A stretch of DNA of 63,922 nt, filler included, from Reticulomyxa filosa (GCA_000512085.1; 14 parts of 14 records of this genome joined end to end with filler, not necessarily neighbours in it), one strand, 5' to 3'. Positions 38,422 to 52,449 are shown, counted from the whole stretch's first letter. Notes: a model not told the origin generated them from the sequence alone. Made by a program: numbers and translations.

Positions 38422-40639
38422 NNNNNNNNNNNNNNNNNNNNNNNNNNNNNNNNNNNNNNNNNNNNTTAATTAATTAANNNNNNNNNNNNNNNNNNNNNNN
38501 NNNNNNNNNNNNNNNNNNNNNTTGAAAGTGAAAAATCATTTTCTTCAATTTTTTACATTATCGATTTCGAATTTTGTTCAGTTATTGATCAATGCAATTC
38601 TGATTTTAATCATTAAAAAAAAGTGCTTGGAAATATGGATTATTCTGCCTTGGCATTTTTGTTTCAAGTAAAATAATTTGAAAATGATATTCACATATTT
38701 GGAAGATTGATGAAAAATAGAGAGTAAAGTATCAGTAGTGGAATGAAGAAACACAAACGCTCAAAGAAAAAATTAAAAAAATGAGCGCAATTGCTAAGTG
38801 AAGAAGCAAAATCATTCTTTTTCTTTGTACTGCAAAACCTTTTGAAAGTAATGTTACCGAATACAACATCTCAGTCAAAGTCTTGTATGTGAATAACAAT
38901 TACAACTCTGGTGTAGTAAATTTGACAAAGTTACTTGATGCACTTTTCAAAAGTTCAGGGTATATTGTATTTGGAACAACATACATTTGTACTGCTCAAT
39001 GGAGATTCAGGCGTTTCGTAAAAATATATATTTGTATACATTTATTTATTCCATAAAAACAAAAATAAAAAAATAAACAGAGTCTGAAACTGAAGAAAAA
39101 TTGATTCGTGTGTGTAATTGTCATCTTCCAATGTATAGAACAAAATGCTTACGTGCATATCATTATTCTTGTCTATGTGACAACAACAACAAACTTGAAG
39201 ACGGTAGGTACCAATCAATCAGTAAATCGTTAAAAATGTTTATATGTTAATTTGTAATTTTTTAAAATGTTCTTACATTTGTATAAGTTTGTACATTTAT
39301 ATACGTTATATACATCAACTGTCAATCGATTGATCATCAGTCTCTTTGTATGAATGTTAAATTTTCTGTGTATTTGTGACTTATGTTGTATTATATAATA
39401 ATCTTTCAACGAAATAAAAAAAATAGATTTGCAATTTGGCAAATGTCTTGTATTCCGAATGCTAATTTGGTTATTTCAAACATGAAGAATAATTTAATAC
39501 ACAAGTACAAATAGTCTCAATCTCTATTTTATTAACATTGCTTGAATATAAATAAATAATATACATTGATTGACTACATTTCCTCTTTCGATTTATAGCC
39601 ATTACAAGGTAAGATTTTGTAAATTTATTCATATATTTCTCTTCTGCTTTTGAATAAATGTTTTTATTTAATAGATCACTTCAACGAATGGAAAGAAATT
39701 GCGCAAAATATAAAGAAATGCCTTGACATTACCGAAGCATCAATTAAATTAATTGGAACGTGAAGAAAAAACAAATCAATTTGTTAAATTACTTCAATAT
39801 CAATTTTGATAAAATTTGAAGTGTAATTTTGTTGTTGTTTTTATTATTATTACATTTCCAATTGTGTTTGTCTATATAGTTTTATCATTTCCTTTGGTTT
39901 TGTTNNNNNNNNNNNNNNNNNNNNNNNNNNNNNNNNNNNNNNNNNNNNTTAATTAATTAANNNNNNNNNNNNNNNNNNNNNNNNNNNNNNNNNNNNNNNN
40001 NNNNAACTTAGCAAATCAGTTGGCTAATGAAGACAGTAATTTGTTTTGAGAATATATTGAAAATTATCGAACTATGAACAAATATTTGTAAATGTCTCCA
40101 CTTTTTATGCTCAACTCTTTTTTTTTGTTCCACAATGGTATAATAAGCAAAGTGTGAATTGTGTACAACATTAAATGAACTTTCAAATATCTTAAATCTA
40201 CATCCTGTTGAGAATAATTTTAATCAATTTTTCTGTTCAAAAACGTGAAAAACTGGATATAATGTTTTTGTTTAGAATAATCTGTTTCGATGCAACGTCC
40301 CCTATTTCATGCCTTGAAACTACAAGTCCATAAACATATCATATTTTTTGTTTGCAAGGACTTCACAACTCGCATTGCCTTTGAAAGGACGCAATAAATC
40401 AGTTGGTAATCTCTGACACGTAAAATGTGATGTTGAAATGTAAATGTTTTCATTTAGATTAGATTTGTTGACAGCTTTATAGTAAAAAAACCATTTGTTT
40501 TCGAAAGTATCTTTTTGCATTGGTGCCGCCAATGCTGACCAAATAAAATCCTTTCAACATTTTAGACTTTTTTTGTTTGTCTGAAAATGTGGACGTTAGT
40601 TTCTTAAGATGATAAATTACCAATGTAATTTTTTCTCCC

Positions 40640-40918
40640 TTTTTGTGTGGTGCATTTTGCTTTGAAAAAATCTGAACAATGCTTTAACAGAATTGAATGT
40701 TGCAATTAAACACACAAGAACAGATCAGTCATTTTATTTGTTTGATTTACAAACAAGTAGCAAGCAATTCAGTTGAAATCAATTGTTCTCAACACGAAGA
40801 CATGGATAAAGCATTTATTTCTGGAGAGAATTGTTTAAAACAATTTCTTAACAGTAATAACAATACATGTCCTGTTCAGCCTCATAATGGGTGTCAGTAT
40901 TATTTAATCAAAAAATAA
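40640..40918 (+). pseudogene. Degenerate RING/TRAF-like zinc-finger fragment of an expanded repeat family
   Basis: HFICLIYKQVA...CSQHE...GENCLKQFLNSNNNTCPVQPH; second Cys lost, ORF truncated. Confidence 0.55.
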
Positions 40919-42351
40919 AAAAAGGAATAAAAGAATAAAAAAATGGTCTACAACAAGTTAAGTTTGAGATATGATCTATCGAGGATAACATTATCAAATC
41001 CGGGTAAACTTATTCTCTTTTCTTGATTTGTTATCATTATGTTGACATTAAGAAAAAGATTTCATTTCAAAAATATGAAAAACTAAATATTATATTTTTT
41101 TGTGCAAAGACGTTGACAAGGAGCATTAAACAAAAAACTCAATGGAATCTTGTTCCTTGTGTTTTCATTAGATGACTTCACCAACCAGACATATATCAAA
41201 TTGGGAAAGAAGTGAAGTTTCAAATATGATTGGAGCAAGGCAAAGAATATTCAATTGTGTGGTGTTTGAAACAAGAAAATATGAGACTGTTTTTTTTAAA
41301 ACAGTACAGTGAAGATATATGATAATAAATTGTTATTCATGTTGTAAAAACGAGCATATATTTATATTTTTTGGTATATTTTGGTAATAATTCAATTGTG
41401 TTTTTAATATGTTGATATTTGGAAGAGCGCATCAACTGAGCAAAAATTTACTCAATTTTGTTGTTTTAAAAATGTATGTTTTAATTGTCCTGATTGTCAA
41501 TTTAATTGTAAAAGCAATGTTTTACTAAATGATCAAAACAAATTTTAGATCATATCTCCAATATAAATTAGATTGATATTATCTCTACAAATAATCACAA
41601 TGATATTACTTTATTTGATCAACTAAACCTGATCAGACTTAAACATTGATCTAAACAAATAAATATTGCAATGTTGAGCATTATTTGTTTGTGGGTTCTT
41701 GATAATCTGCCAAAGAGGAAGAAAAACTTCAGTATTGATTGCAACAACTATGCTTACTTATGATATTGAATTATTTGTCAAAATTGGTTATCAATTATGA
41801 AGTGTCTATCGATTAGAGAGAGCTGGAAGACATGATATCACTTTTGCCAGTGATTTTTTTATCCACAAGGTTGATTGTATTAATTGACTTGGTATGCATA
41901 GTGCGTGTATTGGCTTGATTCATGACAAAACGTTAAGCTTTATATGGTATAAAAAAAAATGAGCAAATATCTGTTATTTTATCAATTTTTTTTAATAAAT
42001 AGGCCATCAGACTATCAGGCAATAATCAAAAAAAGAAAAATATATTTATGTACATGAATACACTTTCATAGAAGTATTTTAAACAATTGGGAAAAAGAAT
42101 AGATTAGGTGATTATGACAATAATATTTCCATTAAAAAACATATTTTTTCTCTTTTTCCATAGCATGTGATTAGCAAGTATTGCATATAATTAAAAATGT
42201 TGTTTGTGCAATTCTGAAATACTCAACGTAAGCGTATTTGAACGCAGTCAATTAACAGACAAATGTCTTGTAAAAGAAGAAAATAATTAAAATATTATCT
42301 CATTTAATTCGTCAAAAAATTATTCAAAATTTTTGTTAGCGAAAAATGACA

Positions 42352-42684
42352 TTATCTCCAAATGTGGATATGTCTATCTACACCACAACACAAACTAATA
42401 AAATCTTCATTGCTTTTGGTATTCTTTAATTGTAAAAATTTAATGCAATTTATTTCAACACCTTTTCCAATAATATACAATTCATTCTTATTTGATCGAA
42501 TATCCCAAAAACGAATCGTATTATCACTTGATCCAGAACATATCACATTTGAATTACCAATACCATTCTTTATTACAAATGGTGAATATTCGACAACATT
42601 CACATTATCTTTATGTCCATTGAACACTTGAATTTGTTCACCAGATCGAATATCCCACAAACGAACACTGAGATCAGCTGATCC
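42352..42684 (-). CDS. WD40-repeat protein, C-terminal fragment
   Basis: VRLWDIRSGEQIQVFNGH...VEYSP...ICSGSSDNTIRFWDIRSNKNELY. Confidence 0.85.
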   Translation of the reverse strand, partial: GSADLSVRLWDIRSGEQIQVFNGHKDNVNVVEYSPFVIKNGIGNSNVICSGSSDNTIRFWDIRSNKNELYIIGKGVEINCIKFLQLKNTKSNEDFISLCCGVDRHIHIWR

Positions 42685-42784
42685 NNNNNNNNNNNNNNNN
42701 NNNNNNNNNNNNNNNNNNNNNNNNNNNNTTAATTAATTAANNNNNNNNNNNNNNNNNNNNNNNNNNNNNNNNNNNNNNNNNNNN

Positions 42785-44021
42785 GGTTTTGAATATATCA
42801 AAACCTAAGACAAAAAAAGGAATTATAAGATTATTGGGTTTAGTGAAATTGATTGCTAAATTCATATCAAATTTAGCTACTCTGATTGTAGACTTGACTA
42901 AATTACGCAGGAAAAATTCAAAATGGAATTGGAACAAGATACACGACAAAGCATTCGAACAATTGAAACACGCAATATCACATGTTCAATTACTGCGACA
43001 TCCAAAACAAAACGAGCATATTATCGTTCAATGCGATGCTTCAAATGAAGCCGTATGTGCAGCGCTATTGCAAAATCACGATGGCATTTTGGTACCAATT
43101 GAATTCATTTCCAAACAATTTGACAGCCATCAATTAAAGTGGCACACATCTGATAAGGTAACTATATGCATTGTTATACGTAATTCAAAAATGGATGCAT
43201 TATCTATTATTGCGTAAATTCACTGCATATACAGATCACAAAAACTTAGCATCATTATTTGCATTATCAGGTAAGCAAGTAAACGGTAGGCTGGCCAGAT
43301 GGGCATTACAATTGAGTGAATTCTCCTTCGAAGCAAGGTATTTTCCTGGAAGCGAAAATTCGATAGCAGACTTCTTATCCAGAAATCCAAAAAGTTTGGA
43401 GTCAGTCGAAAAATTGTTAGTTATCACAAGATCGCATTTTAAAAAAAATATAAATGCTAAATCATATGATAAAATACAAAATACAAGCGACATGGTTGCT
43501 AATCAAATTGACAATGCCTTTGACATGAATCGCGAGTTGCATGATTATGACGAGCTATTTGAAAAGAATAAATTTCGTGAAGCTCAAGAAAGTGATACAA
43601 TACTCAACATTATAAAAAATATTATTATGAATAAAAAAGATTATCATCATGCACAGAACACATAGATTAGATTACCTCTATATTGGAGAAAAGCATTACA
43701 ACAAAATAGAATCAGCATAAATACAATGGAAACTTTATCATACGATAATAAACCAATCGTTCCCAAATCATTACAAAACAGCATAATGTTATACTTTCAT
43801 TGTCACGCACTGGCACAGCACCAAGGGGCACAACGAATGTCAGCGACAATTCGGGAACATCTACACTGGCCAAATTTACGTGATAATGTAAAGAAATTTT
43901 GTAGATATTGCTTTACTTGTCAATTATCAAAAAATTCCATTGACAAACATGCAGGTGAAATTCAGCACTTTCCGGCTCGAAACTATTCTATCAGATAATG
44001 GTGCACAATTCACTGGGAAAG
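42785..44021 (+). mobile_element. Ty3/Gypsy LTR-retrotransposon pol relic (RT connection, RNase H, integrase)
   Basis: QCDASNEAVCAALLQ, TDHKNL, RLARWALQLSEF, NSIADFLSR, integrase zinc finger H..H...WPNLRDNV...CFTCQ, SDNGAQF; RNase H before integrase is Gypsy order; frameshift at ~43170 and TAG at ~43663. Confidence 0.92.
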
Positions 44022-44158
44022 NNNNNNNNNNNNNNNNNNNNNNNNNNNNNNNNNNNNNNNNNNNNTTAATTAATTAANNNNNNNNNNNNNNNNNNNNNNN
44101 NNNNNNNNNNNNNNNNNNNNNTTTTTTTTTTTTTTGGAAAGGAAAGAAGAGCTATACA

Positions 44159-45362
44159 CATATATAACAAAATAACAGAGTGTGGAAGTGTCGTTGCACG
44201 TAACTATTGCGACTTTAAAAAAGACGACAAATACATCCTGCTGGATTTGGGTGGAGGCACTGCTGATATTGCTTGTCATCGTGTGTTGGATGGAATAAGT
44301 GTGTCTCAAATCTATGCTCCAAGTGGTGGTCCATGGGGAAGCACATACGTAGACGAAGCATTTTGGGAAATGCTATGCGAAATCTTTGGAAATGGGGTAA
44401 TGCAAGAGTTCAAATCCAAGCATCCAGATGAGTTTATTCGACTAAAAGAAAGTTTCCGACAGGCCAAACACAAATATGATCCGATGTCTAAAGTGCCTCC
44501 AATAAATCTGGGAGAATTGGTAGAGTTCATGGACAAGTGCGACATTGACGTGAAGACGATGGGCAAGAAAGTGAAAGAGTACAAACTAAAAGATAAAAGT
44601 GGTGTGTTTGAATTAAACGAAGATGTTGGAGCTTTGTATTTGGGTCACGACGGATGGAAATTTTTAATGGACAAAGTGATTGATCCTCTTATCGGCCATG
44701 TACGTAAACTATTAGCAGAACCAGAATTGAGAGGATGTCAGACCATGTTATGCGTAGGAGGATTATCCACATCACCCTATGTAATGCAACGCTTGAGAGA
44801 TGTATTTGTCATAGATTGTAAAATAATCAAGACAATCACAAAACCAGAGCAGCCCATTTTGGCAGTTGTGCAAGGTGCTGTTCGATTTGGTATGGCTCCA
44901 TCTTTGAATGCAGAATACGTAATGACGCATACATACGGATTAAAATGTGTCCACTTTTGGGTCGAATCTGATGGGGAAGAGGGTAAACTTTGGAGTGAAG
45001 ATATCGGTCGATACATGTATGAGGACGGGTTTGAAATATTTGTTCGCAAAGGCACCAAAATGAATGTGCATGACCCTCCAAAGTTGCAATATTTCCGACC
45101 TCTCAATAAAGACGATAAAGAAATCACCATTGAGATTCATCGCAGCGATGAAGAAGATCCTAAACGATGTACTGAAAACACTTTTTGTGCTCTGGCCACC
45201 TTTAAGCTACCAAATGATTGGTGGGGAGGAAAGGACTTTGCAGAAAAAGAAATCCCAATTACTTTCTTTTTCAACCAAGCTGAAATTCAAGTTAAGGTTG
45301 AATTGGAAAATTATCCGGACAAAGAAAGATTTATCAAGATTAATTGGTTAAAAGAAGTGTGA
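44159..45362 (+). CDS. HSP70-superfamily HSPA12-like protein, last exon
   Basis: YILLDLGGGTADIACH, SGGPWGSTYVDEAF, MLCVGGLSTSPY, AVVQGAVRFG, TYG, FEIFVRKG. Confidence 0.85.
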
Positions 45363-46438
45363 ACATAAATTCCAAACACTTTATTTTTTTTTAGATATTT
45401 TGAATTGATGTCTGACAAGAACAACATTCAATCGCCTTTGAGTTGGATTGATGTTCATGTCTCTTGTATGCAGTATGATACTTTCTTCATATTTTTGAGA
45501 ACCATTTACAATCCTTTCAAAAACAATAAATTGATTGAATCTTTATTTCAAAAAAATAAATCAGCTCTTTCTGAAAAGCTTTTTTATTTGCACGCATGAA
45601 ATCTAATTCATTTGGAATATTAATAGAAACACGAACATCATCGAAACATCCATGTTAGGAATTCCATATTCCATAGCCCCTTTTCAAAATAATAAGATAG
45701 ACCACAAAATAAAAGTGAATTTGATCATTAAAAAATATCCACTTTTTTTAAGCACGTAAAGTCGCGGCCCCAATTTTTTGTCTAATGAACTCTTTGATTG
45801 ATGAAAAAAGATAAACTGTTGAGAAAGTAACATCGGAAAATCATTTTAACGATATAACAAAAAGCATTGTATTTTCTTGATTAAACACATAAGATTAATT
45901 GGCAAGTTGAAGACCGCGAAATTCGAATTATTCGATTGAAGTGTGAATGTTTAAATTTGTGTTTTTTAATAATACAATTCAAACTACAAAAAATAAAAGT
46001 TTTGTGATTCATTTCTCAAAGAATTATATGTTTATAAATTGATAAATTTCTAGTTACAGTAATAAAAAACAAATATTGAATGATATAATTATCATTTGAA
46101 TATAAGTATATATGAAATAAAAGAAAATTCTTTGGACCTTTATTATTGCCAAAGTCGCAATATTAATACAAAGCTGAAAAATTTAATAAAGAATTTTAAA
46201 TCGTAAATGACAATAAGCATTACAAATTGATAAGAAAATAATTTCCAAATTTATAATGTTAGCTTTTACTGACTTATTGTCATTCACAAAAATACTTGAA
46301 GACCGAATGTTAAAATGTAGTAAATTATATAATCAATTTGATAAATTAAGTATAAATATGAAAACAATCGCTGAACTGAAATTACATTAGTTATTAGAAG
46401 CTTTCGAGTTAATATATGATATACTGAATTATCTATTA

Positions 46439-46725
46439 TGTTAGGTAGTACATATATTGAGCAAGACTGTAGGGCAAATTCCTGTTACAAGTGTCTGAAC
46501 GTCAAGGGAACGGAGGAATCCCCGTAGGTTAAACTTCCTCAACTTACTTCTTACTTTGTTACTTTTCTTTACTTTCCTTTTGTTATTTTATGTTATTTAA
46601 TTTACTTTCGTTTTACGAAAACTATTCTCTTTTAAGTAAACGTCTCTCGTATTACAGTTAGTGCACCCACACTATCAGCAGACGTCCCACAAGACTACGA
46701 TGAATAAGACTATGTAACTATAACA
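46439..46725. mobile_element. Candidate solo LTR or short terminal-inverted-repeat element
   Basis: GC-richer 287-bp block bounded by TGTTA...TAACA inside very AT-rich DNA; no clean target-site duplication (TATTA vs TAAGA). Confidence 0.35.
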
Positions 46726-47751
46726 TAAGAATTGTCATCAAGTTAAGTAAAAAAATTAATTTTTGATTTATTTGATACAGTGCGAAGCAATAAGTTTAAT
46801 GTTTCATTGTCATATGAATATCAATTCTAAAGTATGCTTGTGGTTAGCCAGTCACACCATATGTGGAAAACACTTGAATGTTGACTGTAATTTTGTTCTA
46901 GTCTGAGAAAAATTGGATAATGTGATGTTTCTGAAGTTTAAGGTGGGGAAATAGTGGTCACAAAAGAAATTTTCCACCGAGTAAAAAAGGGGGCATAAAA
47001 TTCTGTGTGAAAAAAGTGAACCAGAAAGGAAAGTGGGTAGTTCAGCAACAGGTTCTGGCATTTCAGGAACATTGTGTAACATCAGTCGCTGGACAAACAT
47101 GTAAACAAGAATAGATATAAGACAAAAGGAGCGTCTTTTAGTTTTGGTTCTTCTTAAAATGGTATTAAACACAATCACATTTAATGAAACAGGCGCTTGA
47201 AGTAACATTCTTTTACAAAGATATTTTCACTTTTTTATTTCAGGGATTTGGTTTTTCTCACTAATTCAAAATTTCATGTACTCACATTCGATTAATTTTT
47301 CAGTAAATCGCAAGTAAAAACGTGTTTAATAACACATCTCTCAAAAAGACACACATAAATTTCAAAAACTTTATTTGAAAATTGAAATACATAGTGCTAA
47401 AAACCAAGTAATTTACCAAAGCCTTTTTGGATTGAAACCAACTTATTTTGACTCCAGCCATCAAACAAACACCACTCATATTTACTGTGGCCATAACCTG
47501 ATCGAACGAGCTAAAAAGGAAAAATTAATGAAACAGCTCTCACCAAAACAACATTCACACAAAATGAAAGACTACAAGTTTTTTGGTGCTGTCGTTGATA
47601 ATGAGTGTTGGCTTGGAGAGGGAAAAACAAACAAACAAATAAAAAAAAACAAACAAAAAAAAACGACAAAGATCTGCGAGGAGAAAGGGGAAAAGAAAAA
47701 TGGTAAAAAAATTTTTTTGCACAGCCTCATGGACACAAAAGGATTCAGAAA

Positions 47752-50348
47752 TTAAAATCCAGATCCTTCTTCGGAAAGCAGTTCGTCGTAATTGTCCTCT
47801 TGGACATCATCACCATCCATTCGTTTGGAGCGTTGGCGTCGTGCCCATTTTGGTAATCCAGTCAACACGGCAGCGCATTTTTTGTATAGAACCTGATTCA
47901 AAACTTTTTTCCAGTCCAAGACATCCCCTTCCAATCGTCGGAATCTGACCACATAAATGGTTTCGTGTGGTGCGTTGGTTATTTCTTCATCGGTGTCGCT
48001 GTCTTCGTTTGCAGTAGGGCCATTTTGGAATTCACGAGAACGGAAAACTTGAACCACAAAGCGAATTAGTGATTCATCTTGTAAATGCGGGTTTTGCAAT
48101 TTCACCGAGCACATCAACTTTAATTTTTTATTGTCAATGTTATAATGGAAACACAATTTCAATCAACAAGTTTGTAATTTACACATTACTCAACAGTATT
48201 GTCCTCAAAATTGAAGACTGTGTGTCCTGAGACGTCGTGAACAACTGTGTTCACTGCGTTGAAAACATCTTTCCATTTGGCTGTGGTGTGAGTGTCCCAT
48301 ATGCCTTCCGTTTCTCCTGATGGATAAAGTGGGACTTCAGCTTGGTGATCATCCAATCGCTCAATGGATCGCGTCACACTGTTTTGCAAATCGCTCAATT
48401 TTTTGGCATCTTTTCTTCTTTTTTGTTCCATTTGACGATAACGGGATTTCAAGGCTTTCACCAAGTCTTTCCCTCTTTTTTTTTCGTTTAAAGTTTTGTT
48501 TTTGTCCCCAATGTTCGGATTGTATTAAATAAACCCCCTTTTCCTCCCCCCTTCTGCCCCTCGGTTTCAAAAAAGAAAAAACTCTTTTTTAACTCTAAAT
48601 ATTTTCCATTAAACCATTTATGGCGTTTAATGTCGGCAATGGAAATTCGATATTTCGGATTGTACATCAACATTCGTTGCAACAAGTCTTTGACGTCCTC
48701 GTCGTTGCTGATTGGGCAGCCAGCGTGTAATTCCCAGAAGGTGCGGTAATCCCCTTTTGCCAATGGACGGAACCAGCGGTCAGTTTTGTGAGCTTGTTCA
48801 AACGGGGGATCTGTTATCCAAATGTTTTACATTGTGTTTAGTTTTGCTGGCTCAATCATCATAATTGACAAACCCTGAAAACTTGTTTTTTTAAAAAAAA
48901 AGACATTACTAAACATCCTGTTAACAGGATGAATAAAACAACCCCCGCAGAAAATATGTCGGCCAAAAAGTCGTATGGGCGGCTCAGCAACAATTCCGGT
49001 GCTTGATAGCCTTTTGTCCCGACGTAAGTTGTTTTCATTGTCGTACTAGTCGCATCTGATTGGAATACTTTGGACAAGCCAAAATCAGTGATCTATAAAA
49101 TTTCAAACCAATTTTAATGTTTCTCATTTCTACTATTGTAAGCAAAAAAAAAAACAAAAACAAAAACTTTCAAATTGAATTTTGAATCCAGCAACAAATT
49201 TTGGGTTTCAAGTCACGATGGGCAACACCCGATTTATGGCAAGCTTCCAAGCCTGTCTCACAAAAAACAAACGAATACATTAATACACTTACTCACTTTT
49301 TTTTTTTTGCTAAAATATAACAATAAAAAAAAAATCTGGATACTATTCATCACACTAATGGAAAAGAGGTGTGGAGGACATTAAACGTATAAAATTTGCA
49401 AAGAAAAAACAAAAAAAAAGAGAAACATCATTTTCACCTGCAATGAACTGGCGGAAATATGTTCGAGCGACTATACTTTCGAGCGCTGACGTGTAATACA
49501 AAATGTCGAACAGCTCCCCACCTGGGGCGTACTCCAACACAAGCAAAATGCAATCCAATTTCTCATGATTTTTCGTGGGATATTTCGCGTTCAAATTGTA
49601 CGCGTACAATTTCATCACGTTCTGGTGACGAATTTGCTTTAATGATTCGATTTCCGTCACCACTTGTTTCGTCTACAATTTTTTTTTTTAACAGATTGGG
49701 GTTGCGTTTTTTTGTACAGTTTATACGTAAGTATAATTTTGGGGGGACATAAAAAAAAGAGAATAATCAAACGTATACTTAGTCTTTTCCTCGTCGTTTT
49801 GTCCACACCAAAAGAAAACGAGAAAAGAAAAAGAGTGGAGAAACAATTAAGTCAAGGCCTAAAAAAAAAAAAGGATAGAAACTAGCATATACCTGTTCTT
49901 CGGCCCAGGAATTGTCAGCCTTGGCCATAAACTTCAACGCGACACATTTGGAGGTTTTTTTGTCATATCCTTTTTTCACCCTATCATTGTAATGTCACAA
50001 ACAAGCAGCTTTGTTTCAGGGGTTAAAATTTTGCAGTTGTCTGAAAATATTTGTTTTTTTTTTGTATCCTCGGAAATGCTGTGTTTTTCTTTTTTTTTCT
50101 TACCAGGAATACCCCCCTTTTCCCAGGGTTTCGCCAATGTACCATCGGCCAATCGAACGAGGTTTGCTTTTGGTGGAAGCAGCCGCTTTTTCTTTTTCAG
50201 CTGCATCTCCGCTTGCTTCCTTCTCCCCTTGAAGATCAGTTCCTTCTTGTTCGACTTCTTCCTGTTGTTCGTTCAGTTCGTTTTGATCCGTTTGTTCGGT
50301 TTGGTCAATTTGTTCGTTTTCTTCTATTTCTGTCAAGTTTTGCTCCAT
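47752..50348 (-). CDS. CAMK-group (SNF1/MARK-related) kinase with C-terminal KA1-like domain; 7 introns; 1-nt indel at ~49204
   Basis: GETLGKGGYSW|VK, VALK, LEYAPGGELFD, HRDLKP, ITDFGLSK, TYVGTKGYQAPE, DIFSAGVVLF; KA1-like YVVRFRRLEGDVLDWKKV. Confidence 0.9.
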
Positions 50349-50872
50349 TTCAATAGAAAAAAAATTGGAAATAATACGGCAAGTTAAAATGAAATTTTTC
50401 AGGTAGAGTTAAAAAAAAAAATCGAAAGCGACGGCTCAGTAAACAACTGAACAAAACTTTTCAAACTACAGTAAGACTATCTCACGATACATGAACAGAT
50501 CCAATGAAATACCAAAAATTAAGAAAGATTGAGAGTATTTCAAAAGAAAAGAACTTCAGGACAAAATTGTCATGATTCAGACAAAACATTGTACAATCTG
50601 TCTAAGGGAAGTTGCTCAAAGAGAAAAAAATTCGAGCACAAATAATTCTAAGATTCAGTGGAGTGTCGTGAAGAACTTTCTAACCAAAGTTTTTGCCCAC
50701 TCTTACACCGATTTTGCCATTACCTTTTTGTTTTTTCATTTTTTAAGTTTTCTTGAGAAATCTTACATGTCANNNNNNNNNNNNNNNNNNNNNNNNNNNN
50801 NNNNNNNNNNNNNNNNTTAATTAATTAANNNNNNNNNNNNNNNNNNNNNNNNNNNNNNNNNNNNNNNNNNNN

Positions 50873-51060
50873 CTATAAATATATCATTATATTTATGTGA
50901 TAATAAATTTCATGTAGAACATTTGGTTTGGTAGTATTTGTTTATATGGTACATTATCTGGTAGTAAATGTAATGTATTACAAAAATTTACAGTAGAATT
51001 ACCTAAAAAACATGGTAAATGTGGACAACCATCAGTACATAATTATGTAAGTAAGTGTCA
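50873..51060 (+). pseudogene. Eukaryotic release factor eRF1 relic with internal deletions
   Basis: [17 protein letters not shown] (YxCxxxF motif), then after a frameshift CLYGTLSG...[21 protein letters not shown]; absent from the ORF track. Confidence 0.85.
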
Positions 51061-51471
51061 ACATTTTATAAACTTAGGTTTTTCTTTTTTCCACCAAAGG
51101 GTTCATGAGATACGTTGTTAACTTTGCTGAGTTCAAAGACGAAACCTGGATTGGCGCATCGTGCGCTTGGAAGGAAAAACGTTAGAACGCTACTGACTTT
51201 GGTTTTTTTTTCAGAAGAAAAATTAGGACATTACATTTTGGTATGAGTATTTGGCGGCTTTTTCTCGCCATGTTGTTTATGTGTGTTCTTACGTATGGTG
51301 CAGTGTTGTCGATGGAAACGTTTTTTAAAAAAATTGATTTTTATTTGGCGGCCTTTTGAGCTCGTTATGGCTTTTTTGAAAGCTTGATACGACTTGTTGT
51401 GATGTCAAAGATTTGCTTTGAAAAAATTCGTAAATTTATCACAAAACTAACTTTCTTGGCCAAACGAAAAA

Positions 51472-51552
51472 AAAATGTGGCTAATGCACAAAAATGTGGT
51501 TAATACTCAAAAATTTGGCTGATTCACCAAAATTGGCTAATGCACAAAAATT
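51472..51552 (+). repeat. 19-bp minisatellite, ~4 copies
   Basis: AAAATGTGGCTAATGCACA / AAAATGTGGTTAATACTCA / AAAATTTGGCTGATTCACC / AAAATTGGCTAATGCACA. Confidence 0.85.
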
Positions 51553-52449
51553 TCTTCTAAGTCATCAAAAAAATATTTCGCTACCGTTTTTTAAGTTGAT
51601 GCTGAGTCCAAAAATGAACAAATTTTTTTTAAAGACGTATTCGTCAACTTTGATCCCGTACGTTAAAAAAATAAAAGATTTTTTGGCAATTTTCTAAAAA
51701 TTGATTATAACTAGCTTTACGCATCAACGTCTTTTCCTTTTAATCAAGTCATCAAAAAAAAAAGTGTCCACCACGAGTCATACATCTTCAACTGAAGCAC
51801 TTTTCGGATTTCAAAAAAAATCTGTACATTTTTGGACTCGTGCAACATAAAAACAGTCCAAAAAAATGTTTTCTTTCTTCGAAAAAAGGTTTTTTTTTTG
51901 CCAATATTTTGACAAAAGATAGAAAATGATCGACCAAACAATCTTGCAAAATGATGTCCAAAAAAAAAAATTATTTTTTTAAGTTTTTTGTCTATTGCAA
52001 AGACTGAGGCAAATAATTATTTGAATGAAAAGAGATCGCAGCAAATGTGTCGTATTTGGAAACCTTTTTAAGCGCGAAGAGTCTTCAAAACATGGACTAC
52101 TGACTAAGTACTTTATTCGATGTACAGTTTAGTAGTGTCCATCAAACCAAAAAAATAATGTGACACAGAAACATGAAAACGATTTTTAAAAAACAGGACG
52201 TAAACTTAGCACAAAATTCAAGTATAATTTTTCTTTCTTTGCAAAATGTTCTATTGTTTGGTGAATGAAAGAGAAAAAGGTGTAAAATAATTGTTCAATG
52301 TATTATAAAAATGAATTAACAAACATAATATAGTATAAATTTTCTTACATTTCATCTAATTTTAATTGAAAAAATCAACAACATCATTTAGTTGATAGTT
52401 TTTAAAATGTGTTATGTCATGCTTATTCCTGAACCTATTAACACTTAAA

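Noticed and set aside
47375-47755. 126-aa plus-strand ORF convergent with the kinase gene
   Set aside because: TTG start, A-rich low complexity, lies opposite the likely kinase 3' UTR
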